Assembly: GCA_023250675.1 (NCBI GenBank)
Contig: JAHFAE010000004.1
Location: 120 to 64,119 of the forward strand
Source: Oligoflexia bacterium
GTDB taxonomy: Bacteria > Bdellovibrionota > Bdellovibrionia > JABDDW01
Length of the DNA stretch: 64,000 nt
Reading direction: 5' to 3'
In this document: piece by piece, positions 48,481 through 56,883 of the stretch
Layout of the letters: each line of letters begins with the position of its first letter
Position numbering within the stretch: position 1 is the stretch's first letter
Translations under genes and position numbers: made by a program
The notes under the pieces: generated by a model
What the model was told of the DNA's origin: nothing
Seen by the model: the letters and a program-made list of their open reading frames with translations, nothing else
Database searches by the model: none

Positions 48481-48525
48481 GGGCGGCTGGCCGGGACCTC
48501 CTGAAAGGTCCCGCGGCCGCCGCCC
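48481..48525. repeat. 45-nt GC-rich REP-like hairpin (best-preserved copy)
   Basis: GGGCGGC-T-GGCCG-GGACC-TCCTGAAA-GGTCC-CG-CGGCC-GCCGCCC. Confidence 0.8.
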
Positions 48526-48774
48526 CCAAAACTGAATTCGGTCTGATTTCACCTAGGGCAAGATCGGAACTGTCGACTCACAGGGTGGTAGCCATCAATC
48601 GCCTGTAAAATTGAGCTTAGGATAAGCACCGGTCATTTCATTTAGGGCACCAACGGCCGTCGTAATGGAAAATAATTACGAGAAGTAAACTCGGGAGTTA
48701 TATTTATTACCTACCACTGTTCAGTTTATCGGCACTGAAATATCCACCAAATCCAATTGACTAAGGATTAATAC

Positions 48775-48790
48775 TGGCATCATTCCTGCT
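48775..48790 (+). promoter_or_regulatory. Sigma-54 promoter
   Basis: TGGCATCATTCCTGCT upstream of gene 48885. Confidence 0.55.
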
Positions 48791-48884
48791 CTATCCAGAT
48801 TCTTATTCGGTTCTATTTGAGGTTTGAGGCGGTGGGTGTCTCCCAAAAAAATAGGGCGTTACTAATAAAAAGAGAGGCATTTTT

Positions 48885-49271
48885 ATGAAAAAAACTATTG
48901 GCCTGGTGGCTTTGCTTGTTGGCTTTTCAACAGTTGCGAGTGCAGCTACTCGTGGGTATTTGTATACAGACCGAAGAGGCGAGTTGTATTTCGATGGTCT
49001 GAATGACGCTGGCGAAAAGGGAAGTGGATTTCAAATCAAGTTTGCGCTGCAAATGGGATCTATTACTCAAGCACAGTATAGCGTAATGAACACTTGTATG
49101 CAGAAAAAGACGACTCATGCAATCCAAGTCGTCGAAAGCGTAAGTGCGATTCCTGTACCTAGCGATATCCCCGGAAGAAACACGAGTTTCCATAAAGCAA
49201 CTTATGGCATTGCTTGTATTCGTGCCCCAGGCTTCTTGCAGGTTTGGCGACAAAAAATGTGGGCCCAATAA
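48885..49271 (+). CDS. Small exported hypothetical protein
   Basis: Signal MKKTIGLVALLVGFSTVASA. Confidence 0.75.
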   Translation: MKKTIGLVALLVGFSTVASAATRGYLYTDRRGELYFDGLNDAGEKGSGFQIKFALQMGSITQAQYSVMNTCMQKKTTHAIQVVESVSAIPVPSDIPGRNTSFHKATYGIACIRAPGFLQVWRQKMWAQ

Positions 49272-49511
49272 AAATTTTTGATAAAGGGTGACAATTTATC
49301 ACTCTTTGGTTCGACCTGCTTCTACTCAGAAATGAAGTAATTAAACCACTTCTCCTTGACCTACAGATTAAAGTGACTTTCTTGGGCTTTTAAACTGTCT
49401 AAGAATTTGTCGAAAAAATAGTGGTTTCAATCTCTTGTGCGATTTTACAATAGAAAATTAAAGCACAACACTTGCAACTGATTTCTAGGTCACATTCCTG
49501 GAGAGTTTAAA

Positions 49512-51695
49512 GTGAAATGTGCTGCCTTTGTCTTATTGATGTTTTTCCCTGTCTTGGGCTTTGCACTAGACGTTGTGTATGACATCAATGTCGATTATCA
49601 AACGATGAACTTCACTGGCAAGAACGTCAAAGGTATTACTTTAAGCAACGCTGGCGAAAGTGGGGAAATTCCGGGACCAACTTTAGAGTTCACTGAAGGC
49701 GACAACGCCGTCATAACAATTCATAATAATTTGAATGAGGAGACCTCTATCCATTGGCATGGATTGCTTGTTCCCAATGACCAGGACGGTGTTCCACATA
49801 TTACAAATAAACCAATTAAAGGTCACAGCTCTTACACTTATCGTTTTCCAATAAAGCAAAATGGAACGTACTGGTACCATTCCCATACAAGTCTTCAAGA
49901 ACAAAAAGGTGTTTACGGACCCATTGTTATTCATGCGAAAAATGAAGTTAAGTATGATTACGACCAAGTCGTGCTATTTTCGGATTGGACCAATGAAAAT
50001 CCAAACGAAGTTATGCGGGACTTGAAAACTGATCCTGAGTATCAGCAACAATGTAAAGACACCCAACGTACTTGGTCTAAAGACTTAAGAGAGCACACTG
50101 TTAATGCTCGTTTAAAATCTGAATGGAATCGCATGGGCCCTATGGATGTTGCTGACGTTTGCTATTCAGGTAATGGCGCCTTTTTAATAAACGGTCGTCG
50201 CCAATCAAAATTTGAAAGTATTCTACCTGGGCAAACGGCTAGGCTTCGTTTTATTAACGCTGCTACATCAACTTACTTTCACGTCGCATTTGGTAAACAG
50301 CCGATTCAAGTTATCTCTGCCGACGGGAAAGACGTTGTTCCAGTAGCCGTGAATGGCTTCAAAATAGGAAGCGCGGAGACCTATGATGTTCTTGTCACAA
50401 TGCCAAAAGATATTTCTGTTGAGTTGAGGGCCACGAGTAATGACGTAACTGGTCACACATCTGTATTCTTCGGTACGGGCCCCATGGAAAAAGCCCCGGA
50501 TGTGCCAAAGCCTCCCCCCTACATGGACATGAGCGGCGGAAGTGGGAGCCACAATTGTAAGCCTAATGAACATTGGGATGACAAAATGAAGATGTGTATG
50601 CCAAACAATACAAATCTTCAGGCAACAAATTACTCCCAAATACTGAAAATGGATGATGATTGCACTCCGGGTGAACCTGGCTGCGGAGACGACTTAGTTC
50701 CATTAAATTATGGAATGCTCAAATCGGTTGGAGCAACAACTCTTGATCCTCGTCCTACAAAGGAAATCGAACTTGATCTCGACGGAAACATGAGGACGTA
50801 TGTTTGGTCATTTAATAAGAAAGTTTTCGGCGATTCAGAAGAAATAATAATTCAAAAAGGCTCAAATGTTAGAATTAAGTTTGTCAACAAAACTATGATG
50901 GCACACCCAATCCATATTCACGGGCACTTTTTTAGACTGTTAAATGGACAAGAGGATTTTAGCCCGTTGAAACATACGGTCGATATTGCACCGATGCAAA
51001 GTACTATGATTGAATTTTACGCCAATATCGCAGGAAAATGGCTCATGCACTGTCATATCGGGCCTCATATGATAGCAGGAATGGATTTGGTTTTTAACAT
51101 TCAAAGTTCAGGATCAAGCCAGACTATAGTAACTAATGTGATAACATCTTTACCCGACTCCCCGAGTAAGACGATGTCTGATATGTCGGGTAAGCAATGG
51201 TTTTTGGCCGGCAAAGTCGGCGCTACAAATTATAGGTCGGAAGCTGAGTTTAAGGCCATTGAAAAGGACTGGGAATTAATGCTTAGGGCCGAGTACGAAC
51301 CAAGTGACAGTAAAACTCGCATTCGCAGCGAAGTGACTCAGAACACGAGCCTCAATACGGGAATTTATGCGGGTGCAGAAGTCGATACCAAAAAAGACCA
51401 TCTAAACCCCGGAGCGCGAAAAACAATTACAACGGGAGAGATTGGAATCAAATACCGAACCCCAGGCATGATCAATATTACCGCTGGTGTTACAACCGAT
51501 GGCAAACTTTCTTTTTCTGCGGAGAAAGAATTGGCTCTTTTTAAGAAAACCTCCGTCAATCTCATGTTTGAAAGAAAATATGGTATTACAGAGTGGCACG
51601 CTTTTGTTGAAAGGCGAATAAAAAAACGCTGGCTATTAAGAGGCGGTCCCTCAGAGCGCGGCGGTTTTGAAGGCGGAATACAATTTAGGCCCTGA
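49512..51695 (+). CDS. CopA-type multicopper oxidase with C-terminal beta-barrel-like (CopB-like) extension
   Basis: HWHG, WYHSH, HPIHIHGH, HCHIGPHM copper ligands; Sec-type signal without RR; ~190-aa C-terminal amphipathic strands ending GGIQFRP. Confidence 0.88.
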   Translation: MKCAAFVLLMFFPVLGFALDVVYDINVDYQTMNFTGKNVKGITLSNAGESGEIPGPTLEFTEGDNAVITIHNNLNEETSIHWHGLLVPNDQDGVPHITNKPIKGHSSYTYRFPIKQNGTYWYHSHTSLQEQKGVYGPIVIHAKNEVKYDYDQVVLFSDWTNENPNEVMRDLKTDPEYQQQCKDTQRTWSKDLREHTVNARLKSEWNRMGPMDVADVCYSGNGAFLINGRRQSKFESILPGQTARLRFINAATSTYFHVAFGKQPIQVISADGKDVVPVAVNGFKIGSAETYDVLVTMPKDISVELRATSNDVTGHTSVFFGTGPMEKAPDVPKPPPYMDMSGGSGSHNCKPNEHWDDKMKMCMPNNTNLQATNYSQILKMDDDCTPGEPGCGDDLVPLNYGMLKSVGATTLDPRPTKEIELDLDGNMRTYVWSFNKKVFGDSEEIIIQKGSNVRIKFVNKTMMAHPIHIHGHFFRLLNGQEDFSPLKHTVDIAPMQSTMIEFYANIAGKWLMHCHIGPHMIAGMDLVFNIQSSGSSQTIVTNVITSLPDSPSKTMSDMSGKQWFLAGKVGATNYRSEAEFKAIEKDWELMLRAEYEPSDSKTRIRSEVTQNTSLNTGIYAGAEVDTKKDHLNPGARKTITTGEIGIKYRTPGMINITAGVTTDGKLSFSAEKELALFKKTSVNLMFERKYGITEWHAFVERRIKKRWLLRGGPSERGGFEGGIQFRP

Positions 51696-51706
51696 TTTCA
51701 GTGATT

Positions 51707-51997
51707 TTATTTTCTAATAGACTTCACCAGCTCCATTATTTCGTTGAGTTTGGAATCAATTTCTTTTTTAGATCCCTTTCGTGCCGCTGTCACGACACAG
51801 GTCTCCACATGTCTTCTCATGATTTCATCTTCAACAGTAACTAAAGCAGCATGAACAGACTTAAATTGCTGGAGAATACTAATACAGTATTTTTCGCTCT
51901 GGACCATCTTTTGAAGGCCACGAATTTGTCCCTCAATGCGCTTAAGTCTATTGATCTGTGCGTGATGAGTTGCGTATTGTACTTTATTTTTAGTCAA
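51707..51997 (-). CDS. csoR: CsoR/RcnR-family metal-sensing repressor
   Basis: RLKRIEGQIRGLQKMV..EKYC..ILQQ..SV.AAL......RH..TC (C-H-C ligands); probable TTG start 51997 after AAGGAG. Confidence 0.85.
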   Translation of the reverse strand: MTKNKVQYATHHAQINRLKRIEGQIRGLQKMVQSEKYCISILQQFKSVHAALVTVEDEIMRRHVETCVVTAARKGSKKEIDSKLNEIMELVKSIRK

Positions 51998-52008
51998 GCA
52001 AAGACTCC

Positions 52009-53124
52009 TTAAAGATAATAGTGAAACAAAAGCCAAGCGTAGTCGGTATAATTATTAGGAAAACTTGCCACTACATTTTGTCTTTCCCAGACACCTTGAA
52101 TTTCAAAATGGGGCCGTGGAAAATACTGTATTCCTAAACCATAAATTCTCTGAATTGTCCCAGAATTGTTGAAGTCGAGCTGAAAAAATTCTTGAGTTAT
52201 AAATGCATGGAGACCTTGAACAATTTCGTAGTCAAGTTTTTGGTATTCAGCGAGCCCGGTTTGCGAACCTGAACTGGCATCAGAAGGCTGGTATTTTTGA
52301 AAATCAACTTCTGATAAAAGAAACAAATGAGGCGTGACACCTAAAATTCCCCAAGGACCTAACAGATGCCTCTGATTTGAGTTTATTGTTCCGTAATAAT
52401 AACTGGCACCTAATTTAAAGCGGTCAAAAAAGGCGTAACTTCCCGTAAAGGCCCCACCCGTTTCACGATTTAAAGTTTGGGCATCGGGCCTTCCGAAAAT
52501 TCCCGTTACGTAAAAATTAAATTCATCACCTAGAAAAGCCGCTTCAATATTATAGGTCTCTCCATTTTCATCCCATCCGAGACCTCGTTTGATGGCTGGG
52601 ATATGGTCAGGCAAGTTGACGCCATAAGCTGGGAAGAAACGGCCCCCTCGAAATGAAAGTGAATCGCTGGGTTTGTAATTCACGTAGTGGCGACGGCTAA
52701 AAAAACCTCCGGTCGGCAGAGGACTTTCCTGAGGACCAAAGGTCGCATCGGCAGTAACTTTTTTATATGAGACAGCTGCTTCAAGGTCAGCCTGCATAGG
52801 AATGTACTTGGCTTGCCTAACCGACGGATTATCAGCATAGAGCTGAAGGATTCTAAGATCACCACCAGCTAAGAGCCACTCTGGTAACGTGACAGTTCCA
52901 TAGACGAACTGTTCTTCTCCCTCCTTACCAAATTGACTTAAGATTTCTTTGGAGAGTTGTCTTCCATACGGAGTAAGTGTCCCGCCACCCGTGGGGCTTA
53001 CGTGACAAGAAATACAGTTCACATAGCCATGACGAACCATCTCGGGAAAGCAAAACGCAGACGCCGTGAAAAGAAGTGCTATAATAACTAAGTAAATAAT
53101 TAAAGCGACTTTTTTAAAATTCAT
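52009..53124 (-). CDS. Outer-membrane beta-barrel with N-terminal heme c motif
   Basis: Signal, HGYVNCISCHVSPTGGG.LTPYGR, then barrel strands ending ..LFHYYL. Confidence 0.75.
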   Translation of the reverse strand: MNFKKVALIIYLVIIALLFTASAFCFPEMVRHGYVNCISCHVSPTGGGTLTPYGRQLSKEILSQFGKEGEEQFVYGTVTLPEWLLAGGDLRILQLYADNPSVRQAKYIPMQADLEAAVSYKKVTADATFGPQESPLPTGGFFSRRHYVNYKPSDSLSFRGGRFFPAYGVNLPDHIPAIKRGLGWDENGETYNIEAAFLGDEFNFYVTGIFGRPDAQTLNRETGGAFTGSYAFFDRFKLGASYYYGTINSNQRHLLGPWGILGVTPHLFLLSEVDFQKYQPSDASSGSQTGLAEYQKLDYEIVQGLHAFITQEFFQLDFNNSGTIQRIYGLGIQYFPRPHFEIQGVWERQNVVASFPNNYTDYAWLLFHYYL

Positions 53125-53735
53125 TTAACGGCAATGATAGTGGGAGCCTTAACGGTAACGGAAACCTTAACGTCTTTTGCCATAGAAACACCCGCGAAAC
53201 TCGGTATCGCGATATTGAAGTCGCTCACGGCAAAGTCAAAATTTGCGCTAAGACTCACTTGGCCAGCTTTACATTCGATTTTTGACCGACCTATTATTAG
53301 CTTTTCCACGCCGTGAAGTTTAAGCACCCCTTCAAACGATGCTTGTGAAATTGAACAATTCTCCAAGGTAAAATCTTTGGGCAAATCAACCTTATTAAGA
53401 GTTAGTGTTGCCCTTGGGAATTTATCGGTTTCAAGGTATTTCTTTTTCATGTGTTCGTTTCTCATCTTGATTCCAGTATCAAGGGATTCCAGGTCAAACG
53501 TGATATTACCAGAGACCACAAGGCCATCAATCGATAACGTTCCACGCGGAACGGCGCCCTTTCCGTGAATTTTTATAGCCCCTGGTCTTCCAATGGCCTC
53601 GAATTCAGTAGCGCCGCTCCCATGGTCAATATCAAAAATATGTTGGCCTTTATCAGCTTTCGCATCGGCGAATAAAGTTAAAGAAGCCAGTAAGCCAATA
53701 GCAATACTTAAAGCCAAGTTTATTCGAAACATCAC
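53121..53735 (-). CDS. YceI-family periplasmic binding protein
   Basis: LDTGIKMRNEHM..KYLET.KFP.A, G.LKLHGV.K, DFNI..P. Confidence 0.9.
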   Translation of the reverse strand: MMFRINLALSIAIGLLASLTLFADAKADKGQHIFDIDHGSGATEFEAIGRPGAIKIHGKGAVPRGTLSIDGLVVSGNITFDLESLDTGIKMRNEHMKKKYLETDKFPRATLTLNKVDLPKDFTLENCSISQASFEGVLKLHGVEKLIIGRSKIECKAGQVSLSANFDFAVSDFNIAIPSFAGVSMAKDVKVSVTVKAPTIIAVK

Positions 53736-53752
53736 TTCACCATTCTAGAATG

Positions 53753-54034
53753 TTATTGCTTATCGCACATCATCATGTCGTTGCCGCCCATATTCACCAT
53801 AAAACAGAGGTAATTGATGGTCGCGTTATTGCTCAGATAAACTTTTACCTGAATTTTATCTGCGACCGGCCAGCCCTTTACTCCTGTAAATTGTTTCATT
53901 GAACCGGCTTCTTCTTTTTCAAATTTCTCTGCGGCTGCAGAAATCGAATCCGCAGTCATCGAGAATGGATTACCATGGGCAAATGCCGTCGCAGAAATGG
54001 TTAAGAGCACGAATGTTAGCGCTAATTTTTTCAT
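53753..54034 (-). CDS. Small exported His/Met/Cys-containing protein
   Basis: Start ATG 54034 with RBS AGGAG; signal ending AFA-H; C-terminal CFMVNMGGNDMMMCD. Confidence 0.7.
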   Translation of the reverse strand: MKKLALTFVLLTISATAFAHGNPFSMTADSISAAAEKFEKEEAGSMKQFTGVKGWPVADKIQVKVYLSNNATINYLCFMVNMGGNDMMMCDKQ

Positions 54035-54059
54035 TTGGTTTCTCTCCTTTTTATTAAAT

Positions 54060-54578
54060 TTAATCGCATAATTTAATTCCCGGTTCGCTTGGGAAGGCTT
54101 GCCCGTCACATGGTTCTAAATTAACACATCCAGGTTCACCCGGCTCACATCCTGGTTCTCCAGGCGTTGGTGAAGGTGAAAGCCCAGGCTGATCTTCAAA
54201 TTGCTTGCTTCCGTTTTTAATCCAGCTATAAACAGCATCAACTACATGTTTAGGAAGGGGCTTTGAGTCTTTAGGCATGCTGCCATCTCTAAGAACTTTA
54301 TAAAGACTACTCGCCTCTGGATTTCCGGGAACTATTAACGGCGGAAAAATGGCGTTGCTCATCATGTGTTCATATGAGGAACACAAAACACCATGTGGAG
54401 CGTTCGGTCCTGAATGACATGAGGCACACTTTGGAGTAAAAACTTTTGCTTGAAGCGAGGTAAACGTAGGTTGTACGGAATAGGCATCAGACCCGTCCTG
54501 ATTTTTATATTCTTTATATGTGCAACTCGTAAGTCCTGTGATCGACAGGACCAAAACAATAGACGCAAGTTGGTTCAT
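54060..54578 (-). CDS. Cytochrome c lipoprotein (planctomycete cytochrome C-like) with PGEPGC tail
   Basis: Lipobox LTSC; CASCH; IVPGNPEASSLY...GSMP...I..WI.NG; PGEPGCEPGEPGC. Confidence 0.8.
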   Translation of the reverse strand: MNQLASIVLVLSITGLTSCTYKEYKNQDGSDAYSVQPTFTSLQAKVFTPKCASCHSGPNAPHGVLCSSYEHMMSNAIFPPLIVPGNPEASSLYKVLRDGSMPKDSKPLPKHVVDAVYSWIKNGSKQFEDQPGLSPSPTPGEPGCEPGEPGCVNLEPCDGQAFPSEPGIKLCD

Positions 54579-54601
54579 TTCTCGCCCCACGCTACGTTGC
54601 A

Positions 54602-54630
54602 AACCTAGTACGCTATTAGGCTTTTGTCAA
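54602..54630 (-). promoter_or_regulatory. Sigma-70-type promoter of the copper operon
   Basis: Minus strand TTGACA-17 nt-TAGGTT. Confidence 0.6.
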
Positions 54631-54640
54631 TTTTTGCCAG

Positions 54641-54657
54641 ATACCCCCTAGGAGTAT
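54641..54657. promoter_or_regulatory. CsoR/RcnR-type operator
   Basis: ATACCCCC-T-AGGAGTAT, TAC-C-tract/G-tract-GTA pseudo-palindrome 11 nt from the -35. Confidence 0.6.
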
Positions 54658-54707
54658 TAGTGCCATAAAATCAATGCCATGAGCGATGGCTCTATAGGGC
54701 TCACTCA

Positions 54708-54724
54708 TGTCAAAGATTTAGACG
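54708..54724. promoter_or_regulatory. Candidate activator site YGTC-N9-GACR
   Basis: TGTCAAAGATTTAGACG, ~42 nt upstream of the sigma-54 GG. Confidence 0.4.
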
Positions 54725-54764
54725 ACATAGATTCAGAATAACCCCACAAACTCACTTAGATTTT

Positions 54765-54780
54765 TGGCCTTCCCATTGCA
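54765..54780 (+). promoter_or_regulatory. Sigma-54 promoter
   Basis: TGGCCTTCCCATTGCA, GG-N10-GC, upstream of ATG 54793. Confidence 0.55.
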
Positions 54781-54792
54781 TTTCACCAGAGC

Positions 54793-56883
54793 ATGAAGTT
54801 GTTGATTCATGTGAATTCTAAACTGAATCTAGGAATGATCTTTGCTCTCATTTCAGTTGGAGGTTGCCAGAGTCAAGACCTGGCCAGCAAATTGGTGGCA
54901 GCTATCAATTCCACTTCCCAAAATAATCATTCTGACGATATTCCTGGTTCGGGTACGGGTTCACATCCAATAGCCACACTTCGTCTTGCACCTCATATTG
55001 AATTTCCTAATAATCGAGATTGTAACAACCCCCTATTTTGGGATGGCGGCACTCTTCATGTTTTTAATTCAGTGAGTGGAGAAGTTTCAAAAGCCTCGGG
55101 TCCAAATGTTTCAGAACTCACAAGTGATGGAGCTTCCCCATTTTCTAATGGTCCCGGTGGATGGATGGAATCGGTCATTAAAGCTGATGATGGAATTCTC
55201 TACGGCTGGTACCATCAAGAACCTTTTGTGGGATGCAACTTACAACGGGCACCTCTTATTGGTGCGGCCATGTCTTTTGATAACGGAAGCACATGGCGAG
55301 ATCTTGGAATCATCATTCGACCCCGATCAGGGACTACTGATTGCAGTACCCAAAACCCATCAACAGCAGGAGGAAACGGCGATTTTTCAGTTTTATTAGA
55401 TGGGAATAATGAAAATCTATATTTCTACTTTTCAAATTACGCAGGCGATATTTCAGAACAAGGAATTTCAGTGGCCCGCATGAATTGGAGTGCCCGTAAA
55501 AATCCAGTAGGAAAAATTCAAAAATGGCACAATGGATCTTGGGGTGAACCCGGACTTGAAGGTCTTGTCACTCCACTTTTCAATGACGCCCTGAAATTTG
55601 ATTGGATGAAAACTGAGAATAATGGGTATTGGGGCCCATCCATTCATTGGAATAACTATCTTAATCAATACATTATTCTCATGAACAGATCCCGAGGAGC
55701 TAACTACTTAACCGAGGGTCTCTATGCTACCTATTCTAAGGATCTCTCAGATCCCAACTCATGGACCGTACCTGATAAAATTCAAATGAAAAATGGTTTT
55801 TACGATTGGTACCCCCAAGTTGTTGGCGATTCAAGTATTCAGGGCACTGATAAACTCGCAGGTCAGACTTCAAGATTTTTCGTCAGTGGCCGATCTGATT
55901 ACGAAATTACTTTTTCTTACCCAGATCAAATGAATGGACCTTTTTTCGGAAACCCTTCTTTTATTCCAGGTTCCATTGAAGCAGAAAATTTTGACACAGG
56001 TACAGAAGGTGTAGCCTTTCACGAAAAATCTCAAGAAAACCAAGGTGGGGAGTTTCGTGCAACACCTGTTGATATTGGGAGAAGTACCGAGGGCGGATAT
56101 GCCGTCGGTGGAATCGATGATGGCGAGTGGCTCAAATACACCGTCAACATCACTGCTAGTGGGACCTACGCCCTTTGGGCTCGAGTGGCCACGCCCAACT
56201 TAAACTCAAGGTTTCATATGGAGATCGATGGAATTAACGTTTCAGGAACCATTACAGTTCCCAACACAGGCGAATGGCAATCCTGGCAAACCGTTGCAAG
56301 TAGAACATTTAATCTAACTAGTGGAACCCACGCTCTAAAAATTGTTTTTGATGGGGGTGGTTTCAATCTAGACAATTTTAAAATTATTGCGCATTGGGGA
56401 GTCACACCGCCAGATAATGCTCCAAGTTTTTTTGGGAATACCCAACCCCAACTGCCCGGCCGCATTGAAGCCGAAAATTTTGATGGAGGAGGAGAAGGAT
56501 TTGCCTACCACGATGTCTCACCCACAAATCTCACAGGTATTTATCGACAGACCGATGTGGACATCGGTGATTGCAGCGAAGGTGGCTATAACGTGGGCTG
56601 GGCTGAGTCTGGTGAATGGCTCAACTATTCTGCTAAAGTTACCGCAGTTGGAAGTTACACTATCAGCGCACGGGTTGCGACCATTGGCAACACAAGTAAA
56701 TTTCATGTTGAAGTTGATGGTAAAAATGTGACCGGTACCATTAACGTGCCAAACACCGGGGATTGGCAACAATGGCACACAGTCACAAGCAAATCATTTA
56801 GTTTATCTGAAGGGGAACACACCTTCAGATTCGTCTTCGACTCCGGTGGATTTAATTTTAATTACTTTGATTTAGTGCAATAG
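54793..56883 (+). CDS. Lipoprotein: Asp-box beta-propeller glycosidase-like domain + two CBM6-like modules
   Basis: Lipobox VGGC; SFDNGSTW Asp-box; GDFSV; two repeats of IEAENFD.G.EG.A.H...GY.VG....GEWL.Y..V...G.Y....RVA...TG.WQ.W. Confidence 0.75.
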   Translation: MKLLIHVNSKLNLGMIFALISVGGCQSQDLASKLVAAINSTSQNNHSDDIPGSGTGSHPIATLRLAPHIEFPNNRDCNNPLFWDGGTLHVFNSVSGEVSKASGPNVSELTSDGASPFSNGPGGWMESVIKADDGILYGWYHQEPFVGCNLQRAPLIGAAMSFDNGSTWRDLGIIIRPRSGTTDCSTQNPSTAGGNGDFSVLLDGNNENLYFYFSNYAGDISEQGISVARMNWSARKNPVGKIQKWHNGSWGEPGLEGLVTPLFNDALKFDWMKTENNGYWGPSIHWNNYLNQYIILMNRSRGANYLTEGLYATYSKDLSDPNSWTVPDKIQMKNGFYDWYPQVVGDSSIQGTDKLAGQTSRFFVSGRSDYEITFSYPDQMNGPFFGNPSFIPGSIEAENFDTGTEGVAFHEKSQENQGGEFRATPVDIGRSTEGGYAVGGIDDGEWLKYTVNITASGTYALWARVATPNLNSRFHMEIDGINVSGTITVPNTGEWQSWQTVASRTFNLTSGTHALKIVFDGGGFNLDNFKIIAHWGVTPPDNAPSFFGNTQPQLPGRIEAENFDGGGEGFAYHDVSPTNLTGIYRQTDVDIGDCSEGGYNVGWAESGEWLNYSAKVTAVGSYTISARVATIGNTSKFHVEVDGKNVTGTINVPNTGDWQQWHTVTSKSFSLSEGEHTFRFVFDSGGFNFNYFDLVQ

